Source of the DNA: a bacterium | GTDB taxonomy: Bacteria > RBG-13-61-14 > DATKZS01 | NCBI GenBank assembly: GCA_963674965.2 | Contig: CAXXFL010000002.1 | Coordinates: 544,001 to 608,000, forward strand | Length of the DNA stretch: 64,000 nucleotides | Reading direction: 5' to 3' | Shown here: one piece after another, positions 18,627 to 27,415 of the stretch | Layout of the letters: each line of letters opens with the position of its first letter | How positions within the stretch are numbered: position 1 is the first letter of the stretch | Made by a program: the position numbers and the translations under genes | The notes under the pieces: model-generated | The model's input: the letters and a program-made list of their open reading frames with translations, nothing else | Database searches by the model: none | Told to the model about the DNA's origin: nothing

Positions 18627-20453
18627 ATGGGCAAGGTAATTGGAATAGACCTGGGCACGACTAACTCTTGCGTCTCGGTGGTCGAGAACGGGCAGCCGAA
18701 GGTGATACCGAACAAGGGCGGGTACAAGATCACTCCGTCCATGGTGGCCTTCGAGGAGGGCGGCCGGCGCCTGGTGGGCCATCTGGCCAAGCGGCAGATG
18801 GTGACCAATCCGAAGAACACCATCTACGGCACCAAGCGCCTGATCGGCCGGAAGTTCGATTCCCCCGAGGTCAAAAAGGCGCTGGCGTCGTATCCGTACC
18901 AGATCATCGAGGGACCCCATTACGACGTTCGACTCCTGGTGCAGGGCAACGAGTTCAGCCTTCCCGAGATAGGGGCCATGGTCCTGCAGGAGATGCGGAC
19001 CGTGGCCGAGGAATACCTGGGCGAGCCCGTGCAGGAGGCGGTGGTGACCGTGCCCGCTTACTTTAACGACAACCAGCGGCAGGCCACCAAGGACGCCGGC
19101 CGGATAGCCGGGCTCGACGTCCTGCGCATCATCAACGAGCCCACCGCCGCCGCCCTCTCCTACGGCTACGGCAAGAACATTGACCAGACCGTGGCCATCT
19201 ACGACCTTGGCGGGGGCACCTTCGACGTCTCGGTGCTCGAGATATCGGAGGGGGTCTTCGAGGTCCTTTCCACCGCGGGCGACACCTACCTGGGAGGGGA
19301 CGATTTCGACGACCGCATAATCGACCACCTGGCCGAGAGCTTCCAGCGGAACACGGGCGTGAACCTTCGCCGCGACAAGATGGCCCTCCAGCGGCTCAAG
19401 GACGTGGCCGAGAAGACGAAAATGGAACTCTCCGAGGTGGCCCAGAGCGAGGTCAACCTTCCCTTCGTGGCCATGGGTGAGGACGGTCCTCTCCACCTCA
19501 ACCTGGTGGTGACCCGCGAAAAGCTCGAGGAGATCACCATGGACCTCGTCGAGCGGACCCTCAGCATCTGCGACAAGACCCTCGAGGCCGGCAGTCTCAA
19601 GCCCGAGGACATCGACGAGGTCATACTGGTGGGCGGACAGACCCGCATGCCCCTGGTGGCGGCCAAGGTCGAGGAATTCTTCGGGCGGGCCCCCAGGAAG
19701 GGAGTGCATCCAGACGAGGTGGTGGCCATGGGCGCGTCCATCCAGGGCATGGTCCTGGCCCAGGCCGCCGAGGCCGAGGAAGGGGAAGACGACGAGGACA
19801 GGGACGAGCTTCTCCTTCTTGACGTCACGCCCATGTCCCTGGGCATCGCCACCTTCGGCGGCTTCTTCACCAGGATCATCGAGAGGAACACCACCATTCC
19901 CACCCACGCCTCCCATATCTTCACCACCGCCGCCGACAACCAGACCTCGGTCAAGATACTGGTGCTGCAGGGAGAGTCGGACCGGGCGGCCGAGAACGAG
20001 CTTCTCGGCGAGTTCATGCTCACGGGCATCCGTCCCGCCAAGCGCGGCGAGCCCGAGATCGAGGTGACCTTCGACATCGACGCCGACGGCATCGTCAGCG
20101 TCTCGGCCAAGGACCTGGACACGGGCCAGGAGCAGTCCATTACCGTCACCGCCAGCTCGGGCCTGACCGAGCAGGAAATCCAGTGGATGGTGGACGCCTC
20201 GAAGAACTACGAGGTCGAGCTCAAGTCCAGGGAGGAAATCGAGAAGGCCTGCCAGAAACTCGAGGGCATGGTCCTCAAGCTGGAAAAGGAACTGCACGGA
20301 AAAAAGGACGACCTGCCCCGCGAGCTGGCGAGCGCGGCCAAAAAAGCCATCGAGTCGTCCCGGCGGGCCATCGAGTTCGGCGATATGGCCGAGGTAAGGC
20401 GCTTCACCGACGACATCCCCTCCCTCATCGAGAGGGTCCAGTCCGGAGGATAA
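18627..20453 (+). CDS. dnaK: Hsp70/DnaK-family chaperone (probably a paralog)
   Basis: GIDLGTTNS, TVPAYFND, NEPTAAA, DLGGGTFDVS, LVGGQTRMP and IEVTFDIDADG; shortened C-terminus; no grpE nearby. Confidence 0.85.
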   Translation: MGKVIGIDLGTTNSCVSVVENGQPKVIPNKGGYKITPSMVAFEEGGRRLVGHLAKRQMVTNPKNTIYGTKRLIGRKFDSPEVKKALASYPYQIIEGPHYDVRLLVQGNEFSLPEIGAMVLQEMRTVAEEYLGEPVQEAVVTVPAYFNDNQRQATKDAGRIAGLDVLRIINEPTAAALSYGYGKNIDQTVAIYDLGGGTFDVSVLEISEGVFEVLSTAGDTYLGGDDFDDRIIDHLAESFQRNTGVNLRRDKMALQRLKDVAEKTKMELSEVAQSEVNLPFVAMGEDGPLHLNLVVTREKLEEITMDLVERTLSICDKTLEAGSLKPEDIDEVILVGGQTRMPLVAAKVEEFFGRAPRKGVHPDEVVAMGASIQGMVLAQAAEAEEGEDDEDRDELLLLDVTPMSLGIATFGGFFTRIIERNTTIPTHASHIFTTAADNQTSVKILVLQGESDRAAENELLGEFMLTGIRPAKRGEPEIEVTFDIDADGIVSVSAKDLDTGQEQSITVTASSGLTEQEIQWMVDASKNYEVELKSREEIEKACQKLEGMVLKLEKELHGKKDDLPRELASAAKKAIESSRRAIEFGDMAEVRRFTDDIPSLIERVQSGG

Positions 20454-20478
20454 TAAGCGCCTCGGAATTGACGGGAAA

Positions 20479-20507
20479 ACGGGCGGCCATTGCAAGGCCG
20501 TCCGTCC
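20479..20507 (+). terminator. Stem-loop downstream of dnaK (possible terminator)
   Basis: ACGGGCGGCC-ATTGCAA-GGCCGTCCGT hairpin; no clear U-tract. Confidence 0.35.
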
Positions 20508-20773
20508 AAAGAATCATGCGACCTCACCGGCCTCAACTCCTTTCTCGGCCAGTGGCTCGCAGGCTCACTCCCGGCCGGGCCGAACGATCAATGCATCCAG
20601 ACCTTAAACTTGACCAGCCTCGTAATGCAGCAGAGCTTTTTGTTTTGAAAATTATAGGAACGTCACTTCTTATTACTTGTCAGTTGGTTGACCAAACCCT
20701 TAATATATCGTCTATTTTATGCCGATATCATCTCAATTGAGTTTGGGGGAAAATTTGAATTTTATTCCCGCTA

Positions 20774-20959
20774 GAGCCTCTTGCAAAAGTCCCGCTTTGG
20801 AGTGCGGCGGCTCGACGCCGCTTTTCTTCCGAGCGGCTTGACGCGAGGCTAGCCGTTGTATTCTTAGGCCTTGTCAAGCCAAAGCCATCGAAAGCGCTCT
20901 CAAGCGACCACAATCCAAAGCGGCTATGCCTCAAAGAAAGGGACTTTTGCAAGAAGCTT
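20774..20959 (+). mobile_element. 186-bp MITE, copy 1
   Basis: Terminal IRs AGCCTCTTGCAAAAGTCCC / GGGACTTTTGCAAGAAGCT (18/19), flanked by direct repeat GCTA (20770-20773, 20960-20963); second copy at 32718-32903. Confidence 0.85.
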
Positions 20960-21276
20960 GCTACATACATTTTTTCTCCACTTTTGAGAACAAGTTACAA
21001 ATTGTGTCCCTTTGGCAAAATATGATACTTCAAATCGTCTGGAGGACAGACTGCATTATTTCGCGGGACGCCCGCGGTTTACCCACCTTTCTTACATTTT
21101 ACCTACCCGTGTAATTTTCTTCATTCATATTGAGACCGGCCTGGCGGGGGCGGCAAGAAGATAAATACATTAATTAACCGATGCTTGCGCTTTCATTTCA
21201 CGGGTCGGCGCCGGGGTTGCTATTAAGAGGGAGTGAAAGGAAGAAACACTTTAGCCCCGAACCTGGGAGGTGAAAA

Positions 21277-24200
21277 ATGGAGCGTTTTATCAAGCCGGTC
21301 CTGAATCTAATCCTCTATGCCATTGCCGCTACGGTTTTTATCGGCCTTTGCGTCGCGGGCGCCCGGGCCGAGGAGGTCCCCGAGGTCGGATCGGACCCGG
21401 CGGCCAGGGCCGGGGCCCCCACCGGCTCGGTCAAGATGTCCCTCGAGCAGTATGAGGAGTTCATGAAAAAGGTGGAGGCGAAAAAAGAGGGGCCGGATAT
21501 GGGATCGCCGCCGGGGCCCGTGATCGAGAGCGTCCATATCGAGGCCGAGACCTCGGGCGGCCAGATCGAGGCGAGAGCGAAAGTCAAAGTCTACGCGCCG
21601 GGGAAAAATCCGGGAGCCCTGAGACTTTTCCAGGACTCTCCCGACTTCGCGGTCACCTCCTTTGAAGGCTCGGTCGAGAGCATGGCGCGTGACCCGGAGG
21701 GCAAGGGCTATTTCGCGCTTTTCGGGGAGCCCGGCCATCACGAGTTCTCCTACTCGATGAGCGCTTCCCTCAAGGACGCGGGCGACGGGCTAGAGGCGTC
21801 GCTTCCCATTCCCAAGGCCACCGCGGGATCGATCAGGCTGGTTCTGGACCAGGCCCGCTCCGTCCAGATAGTCCCCTCCTTCGGCGCGGAAGAGAAGGAC
21901 CTGGGGGAGGCGGTCGAGGTCTTCGCCCGTCTTTCGCCCACCGAGTCGGTCGCGATCCGGCTGGGCAAGGCGCCGTCGGAGCCTTACTCGTTCAGCCGCT
22001 CCGCATACGAGGCCGCGATCATCGAGGACGGGCTCTCGGTCTCGGCGCTGTTGGACCTGACCGTGCACTCGCGGGACGGGCGCGGCGTCAAGCTGGCCGA
22101 CGGCTCGGTGGCGCTCAGGTCGGTCACGGTTAACGGCTCTCCTTACCCGGTCAAGCTGAAAGACAAGGCCTTCGTGGCGGACGGCCTGAAAGCCGGGACC
22201 TACAAGGTGGCGGCCAGTTGGCTTCAGCCCATCAACGAGAGCCAGGCCTCGAGGTGGGTGGCGGTGCCCCTGATAGCCTGTCCCATCTCGAGCTTTGCCG
22301 CCTCGGCCCCCGGCGAGTCTCTCAACATGGAGATAGTACCCGGCCTGGCCCGGGTAGTGGACGCCTCGAAGGGCCGCACCACCACGCGGGTGAGCCTGCC
22401 CATGACCGACGAGGTCAAGATCGCGTGGACGGAAAAGCCCCCCGAGACGCGCAAGCTCAAGGCGGCCGAGGAGGAAGTCCCCCGGACCTACCTCGAGACC
22501 TCCTCGGTCATCAAGGTGGACGAGGGATTGATGTCCGTCGAGACCGAGCTTTCCTACTCCGTTTTGCGCGGCGAGATCGCCAAGGTTTCCTTTTCCCTGC
22601 CCAAGTCGGTCGAGGTGATGAGCGTGGAGGGAAGCTTCGTCAAGGACTGGGAGCAGGAGAACGAGGATGACGAAAGGACCTACCAGGTCTATCTGGACCG
22701 CAAGGTAAAGGGTGACTACAAGCTCCGGGTCTCCTATGAAGGGCTGCTCGAGGAGTTCCCGGCCGAAGCCATCGAGGCGCCCCGCCTGACGCCCCGAGAG
22801 GTGGAGCGCGAGAAGGGAGTGATATTTATCGAGCGCAGTCCGGACCTCGAGATCAAGACGGTGAAGACCGAGTCCCTCCGGCGCCTGGACGGGCAACGGA
22901 GCGGTGGAAGAAGCGCCCTTTACGCGCTCCAATACATCAAGGCTCCTTACGAACTGGTTCTTTCCGTGGGTTTGAAGCCGGCCCTTGATCCCGAGGTCCA
23001 CGTCGAGACCTCGACCCTGGTGACCGTGTCCGACAACGTCATATCCGCGGCGGCCAATCTGGATTATAAGGTGCTGAACGCGGGGGTGGACTCCTTTCGC
23101 CTCGGTTTTCCCGGCGACGTGAAAATCACGGCCATTCGGGGCAGGGACGTGCAGAGCCAGACCCGGACCAAGGAGGGCGATCGGACCGAGGTCCTGGCGC
23201 GTCTCGAGCGCCCGGCCATGGGCCAGTACCGGCTGTACGTCGAGTACGAACGGGCCCTGTCCCCGTCGGAGAAGGTGGCGGCGGTCCCCCTTGCCGATCC
23301 CATGGGCGTCAGCTCGGCCGAGGGTTTCGTGGGCGTCGCGGCCAGACACAACGTCGAGGTCCGGGACAAGGAGGAGCTGAACCTGCGCCAGATAGACCCG
23401 AGCCAGCTTAGGGGGGCCCTGTTCGACCTGTCCGAGAGTATGATCCTGCGCGCCTATTCCTACTCCTACATGTCCGGCGTGGACAAAAGGCCCGTCCTGT
23501 CCTACTCGGTCTTGCGCCATCAGGACGTGGCGGTGCAGGACGCCTATATAGACGAGGCCAGGTACCTGACCCTGGTGAGGTCCAACGGCTTCTCCATCAC
23601 CAAGGCCGTGCTGTCGGTGCGAAATAAAAACCGACAGAACTTAAAGCTCACGCTGCCGGAGGGTTCCGAGCTGTGGAGCGCCTTTTTGGCGGGCGAGCCG
23701 GTGCCCCCCGCTCGGGACGAGAACGGCGCCGTGCTCATTCCCCTGCCGCGCTCGGACCTGGGCTCGGGCGGGCGTCACGCCAACTTCCCCGTCGAGGTGG
23801 TTTACAAGACGGCCATCGACGAGATAGGGACCAAGGGCAAGCTGGACCTGGTCCTCCCCCGCGCCGACATCGTCGTGGGCAAAGCCGTGTGGCAGCTATA
23901 CCTTCCCCTGGACAAGTTCTTTATCGAGTTCGGAGGGTCCATGGGGGAGGGCATGATCGAGCAGAAGTCCGGCCGGGACGTGGCCGCCGAGTTGGGAGAG
24001 TTCGCCCTGTCCCTCTCGGGCAACTTTCTCAAGTTCCAGGCCAAGGCCAAACAGAGCGAGGCCAAGAGCAACCTGGGCGCGGTCTTCACCTCCCAGGCGG
24101 CGCACAAGGCTGAGTTCGGCCGCTTCGCCCGCGACTTCAAGGAGTCCGGCTGGGCCCCTGAGGGCAAGACTCAATACACCTACATCATGGGCTCGGACCG

Positions 24201-24786
24201 TATAGCGGGAATGAAGGAGGACCTTGGCGACATGCCCGGCATCGAGGGGGCCAGGGTGGACGACGACCACTTCCTGGTCCTGGCGGTGGGAAACGTGGAT
24301 AACGACTCCTTCCTCGATATCTGGGTCATCGACGAAAACAAGAAGCTTATAAACCTCGCCAACGACGCCACCGACTCCTATGACAAGCGCTTCGAGGAGT
24401 TCAAGGAAAAGGGATACTTCAACCAGTGGGACCTGGCCCAGATGGAGTACGTGCAGGAACACATGCGGCAATCGGAAATCCGCGGGCTTTTATCGCTTCG
24501 GATCGACGTTCCCACCAAGGGGCAACTGGTGAGGTTCGAGAAGCTCTTTCCCGGCGCCCAGGGGGAGGAACTGCGCGTGATGGCGAGCTACATGCCCGAC
24601 ATTATCGGCAAGGTCGCGAACGTTTTCGCCAAGGCCGTGGCCCTGGGCATCGCCGCGGGCCTTTTTGTTCTCGCGGCCCTGGCGGTCCGGCGGACGGAGA
24701 AGCTGGGATGGGTTAGACGACACTGGTGGCTCACCATTCTTATAGTGATCGCGGCGCTTATTTTGGCGCTCAGGCTGTGGGGATAA
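21277..24786 (+). CDS. Large exported/membrane-anchored hypothetical protein with internal ~170-aa repeats and an embedded pilin-like domain
   Basis: GGAGG SD, signal peptide ending ARA, two C-terminal TM helices, host-like codon usage. Confidence 0.85.
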   Translation: MERFIKPVLNLILYAIAATVFIGLCVAGARAEEVPEVGSDPAARAGAPTGSVKMSLEQYEEFMKKVEAKKEGPDMGSPPGPVIESVHIEAETSGGQIEARAKVKVYAPGKNPGALRLFQDSPDFAVTSFEGSVESMARDPEGKGYFALFGEPGHHEFSYSMSASLKDAGDGLEASLPIPKATAGSIRLVLDQARSVQIVPSFGAEEKDLGEAVEVFARLSPTESVAIRLGKAPSEPYSFSRSAYEAAIIEDGLSVSALLDLTVHSRDGRGVKLADGSVALRSVTVNGSPYPVKLKDKAFVADGLKAGTYKVAASWLQPINESQASRWVAVPLIACPISSFAASAPGESLNMEIVPGLARVVDASKGRTTTRVSLPMTDEVKIAWTEKPPETRKLKAAEEEVPRTYLETSSVIKVDEGLMSVETELSYSVLRGEIAKVSFSLPKSVEVMSVEGSFVKDWEQENEDDERTYQVYLDRKVKGDYKLRVSYEGLLEEFPAEAIEAPRLTPREVEREKGVIFIERSPDLEIKTVKTESLRRLDGQRSGGRSALYALQYIKAPYELVLSVGLKPALDPEVHVETSTLVTVSDNVISAAANLDYKVLNAGVDSFRLGFPGDVKITAIRGRDVQSQTRTKEGDRTEVLARLERPAMGQYRLYVEYERALSPSEKVAAVPLADPMGVSSAEGFVGVAARHNVEVRDKEELNLRQIDPSQLRGALFDLSESMILRAYSYSYMSGVDKRPVLSYSVLRHQDVAVQDAYIDEARYLTLVRSNGFSITKAVLSVRNKNRQNLKLTLPEGSELWSAFLAGEPVPPARDENGAVLIPLPRSDLGSGGRHANFPVEVVYKTAIDEIGTKGKLDLVLPRADIVVGKAVWQLYLPLDKFFIEFGGSMGEGMIEQKSGRDVAAELGEFALSLSGNFLKFQAKAKQSEAKSNLGAVFTSQAAHKAEFGRFARDFKESGWAPEGKTQYTYIMGSDRIAGMKEDLGDMPGIEGARVDDDHFLVLAVGNVDNDSFLDIWVIDENKKLINLANDATDSYDKRFEEFKEKGYFNQWDLAQMEYVQEHMRQSEIRGLLSLRIDVPTKGQLVRFEKLFPGAQGEELRVMASYMPDIIGKVANVFAKAVALGIAAGLFVLAALAVRRTEKLGWVRRHWWLTILIVIAALILALRLWG

Positions 24787-24830
24787 GCGGGTAAAGGGCT
24801 CGAGGCCGGCGGAAAGATCGGAGGTCTCCA

Positions 24831-25757
24831 ATGAACGAATGGGAAGCCGACATGCAAGGCAAGCGGGACGCCCACGAGGAAGAGGAAGCGATATTTGGTC
24901 TCGCGGACGCGGGGCGGGCCGCCATGAATAACCCGGATGACGAAGAGTGGATGGACTTCGAGAGCGCCGAGGCGATAAGGCGAGGCGAGCTTTCCGCCGA
25001 AAGGCGCCGGGCCTTTACGGAGTCGGCGTCCTTGTTCCTGGTCTTTCTCGGGATCATGTGGCTGATGGAGGGAAGCTGGATTCAGACCCTGCAGCTAAGG
25101 GCGGTGGGATGGAACTTTATCGCCCATCTCGTCCTGCTCTTCCTGCCCGTCGTCTCGATCATCGCCTCGCGTCGGCCGTCCGCCGACTTGGGCGTCAACC
25201 TGAAAGACCTGGCCAACCCGGAGGTCCGCAAGGTGATGAACCTGGCCGTGGCCGAGCTGGCCCTTATCTGGGCCGCCTTCATCATGGTCCCCGGCCTGGT
25301 AAGCGGCCTTCGGCCGTCCATCATCGTGCCTCCCGCTCACCTGGTCAGGCTGGACTGCGTTCCGGACGAAATCGGCCAAATGGCGGGGTACGCGCTCACT
25401 CTCGTTTTCATGACCTTTTTTTACGGGCTTGGAAGCGAGGTTTTTTATCGCGGAGCCATTCAGGGCGGGCTGAACCGGGCCTTTGGCAAACCCTGGCGCT
25501 TCCTTCGCGTCAACTTCGGGCCGGGCCTCCCCCTGGCCGCTCTTTTTTACGTGATCGGCCAGTCCTCGATAATCTATAACCCCTTTGTGAGCGAGCCCTC
25601 GACTTTTACGGCCGATCCCCTGGCGGTGGGCGTGACCGCGGGGGAGGGGTTGATACTCGGCTACCTTTACGAAAGGACGGGAGGGGTCCTCGCCCCGGCG
25701 GCCCTGCACGCGGCGGCGGGCATCCTTTTCTTCGGACTCGAGTTCCTGTCCATGTAA
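24831..25757 (+). CDS. CPBP/Abi (CAAX protease-like) intramembrane protein with degenerate catalytic motifs
   Basis: Multi-TM; SEVFYRGAIQ and GYLYERTGGVLAPAALH match the CPBP fold signature; GGAGG SD. Confidence 0.75.
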   Translation: MNEWEADMQGKRDAHEEEEAIFGLADAGRAAMNNPDDEEWMDFESAEAIRRGELSAERRRAFTESASLFLVFLGIMWLMEGSWIQTLQLRAVGWNFIAHLVLLFLPVVSIIASRRPSADLGVNLKDLANPEVRKVMNLAVAELALIWAAFIMVPGLVSGLRPSIIVPPAHLVRLDCVPDEIGQMAGYALTLVFMTFFYGLGSEVFYRGAIQGGLNRAFGKPWRFLRVNFGPGLPLAALFYVIGQSSIIYNPFVSEPSTFTADPLAVGVTAGEGLILGYLYERTGGVLAPAALHAAAGILFFGLEFLSM

Positions 25758-25868
25758 TCGCGGCGCCCGGTCGTTTCATTATCTCTCGGCCGCGCGGTGG
25801 ACAAAATTTTCATCGTCCCATTTCCTGCGCTACAATCAGGCCAAACAACCTTATGACTGGAGACGATT

Positions 25869-26654
25869 ATGGCGAGACATTTGCAAATAGGCGCGATGGC
25901 GTTATTGACGTTGGGCTTTTTACTCCCGAGCATTCCCGCGGCGGCGGACTCGAGCTGGAAGGAGAAGACGGTGATCACCCTCACGGTCGGCGCCACGGTC
26001 GAGACCCTGAGCGAGTCCGAGCAGTCCGTGTCGCTTAAGGAGAACGTGGCCCGGATCGACGACCTTAAATCCGGGGTGGCCCGGATAGTGAATTTTCAGA
26101 CCCGGCAGGAGATCATCCTGAATTTCGGGGCCAAGACCTTCGCCTTGCTGAGCGTGTCCGAGATGATGCAAATGGACAAGGAGAACAGGGAGCAGATCAA
26201 GGCGGACCTTCCCGCCAGGGAGGCGGGGCTTTCGTCCGTGCCCGAGTCCGAGCGGGCCAAGGTCGCCGCCCAGATCGAGGCGCAAAAAAAACGGTTCCAG
26301 GCCTGGGAAGGCGGCTATCTGGTGACTCCCACCGACCGCGTCGAGACCATCGACGGATACACCTGCAAACTCTACCAGGGACTGTCAAAGGGAGAGGTCT
26401 TCCAGGAATTGTGGGTGGCCGAGAATATCCAAATGGGAGACGACTACGGAAGGTTCTATAAAAAAGGAATGGCCGAACTCGAGCCCTACGACTCGGCATA
26501 TCTTATGCACCTGCCCAGCCCGCCCATCAAAACCGTGACCCACTACGGGGCCGTGACCGTGACCAAGACGGTCTCCAGGGTACTTACCGAAAAGTTCCCC
26601 ATCGACGCCCTGCTTATACCGGAGGATTTTAAACCGGCCCAGACCATCAGATGA
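25869..26654 (+). CDS. Exported hypothetical protein (DUF4412-like)
   Basis: Signal peptide; ETIDGYTCKLY...ELWVA and the C-terminal LIPEDFK resemble DUF4412/GLPGLI-type proteins. Confidence 0.6.
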   Translation: MARHLQIGAMALLTLGFLLPSIPAAADSSWKEKTVITLTVGATVETLSESEQSVSLKENVARIDDLKSGVARIVNFQTRQEIILNFGAKTFALLSVSEMMQMDKENREQIKADLPAREAGLSSVPESERAKVAAQIEAQKKRFQAWEGGYLVTPTDRVETIDGYTCKLYQGLSKGEVFQELWVAENIQMGDDYGRFYKKGMAELEPYDSAYLMHLPSPPIKTVTHYGAVTVTKTVSRVLTEKFPIDALLIPEDFKPAQTIR

Positions 26655-26660
26655 AGGCCG

Positions 26661-27326
26661 TTAGAGGTATGACTTGATATAGGCCTCCACGTCCTCGGCG
26701 CGGCGGTACACGCCGAAATGCCCCTCGCAAAGGACGTCGGCCTTGAGGGCCAATAGCTTCTTAAGGCTCGCCCGGTAAAGGTCCGGGTCCGAGGCCAGGA
26801 CCGGATGGATGGGTCCATGCACGTCCTGGCCGAAAAGGACCCGCTCGTTGTCCCGATCGAGATACGCGCAAATCGAGCCGGGCGAGTGTCCGGGAGTGAA
26901 GATAAGGACCAGCTTAGCGTCCGCGACTTGCAGAATGTATTCGTCGCCGCTGAAGGTGACGTCGATCCGCATGGGAGGAATCTTCATGCCGTACCAGCCG
27001 GCGGCCGTGCGGGGGTCGTTACCTATGGCCAGAATCTCGGCGCACTTCTCGTGGCAGATGGTGGTCAGGCCCAGCCTTTCCTTCAGCCCGGGCGCCCCGC
27101 CGGCGTGGTCTATGTGGCAATGAGTGATAACGAGGTACTTGATCCGGGAGGGATCGACGCCCGCCCGCTCGACGTTGCGGATGACGTATTCTCCTCCCTC
27201 GCCCGTGCCCGCGTCGATCAGGGCGCACTCGTTTCCTCCGTCTACCAGATAGATGGCGGCGTCTCCCCCCGAGGACAGACCCTCGCCTCCAACCTGGAAT
27301 ATGCCCCTGGCGATGACCTCGATCAT
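26661..27326 (-). CDS. MBL-fold metallo-hydrolase
   Basis: THCHIDHAGG, TPGHSPGS and CEGH motifs. Confidence 0.9.
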   Translation of the reverse strand: MIEVIARGIFQVGGEGLSSGGDAAIYLVDGGNECALIDAGTGEGGEYVIRNVERAGVDPSRIKYLVITHCHIDHAGGAPGLKERLGLTTICHEKCAEILAIGNDPRTAAGWYGMKIPPMRIDVTFSGDEYILQVADAKLVLIFTPGHSPGSICAYLDRDNERVLFGQDVHGPIHPVLASDPDLYRASLKKLLALKADVLCEGHFGVYRRAEDVEAYIKSYL

Positions 27327-27415
27327 GGATTGACTCCTTCGGATTGGCGCGTGCTATTCATCAAGCTTGCCCGGACCCCGCTCATGATTTACCATGACTC
27401 GGACCCAGGATCAAG

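Noticed and set aside
20728-20970. Small ORFs 20728-20970, 32641-32916 and 32706-32912 that resemble each other
   Set aside because: The similarity comes from the MITE sequence, not from protein-coding conservation.
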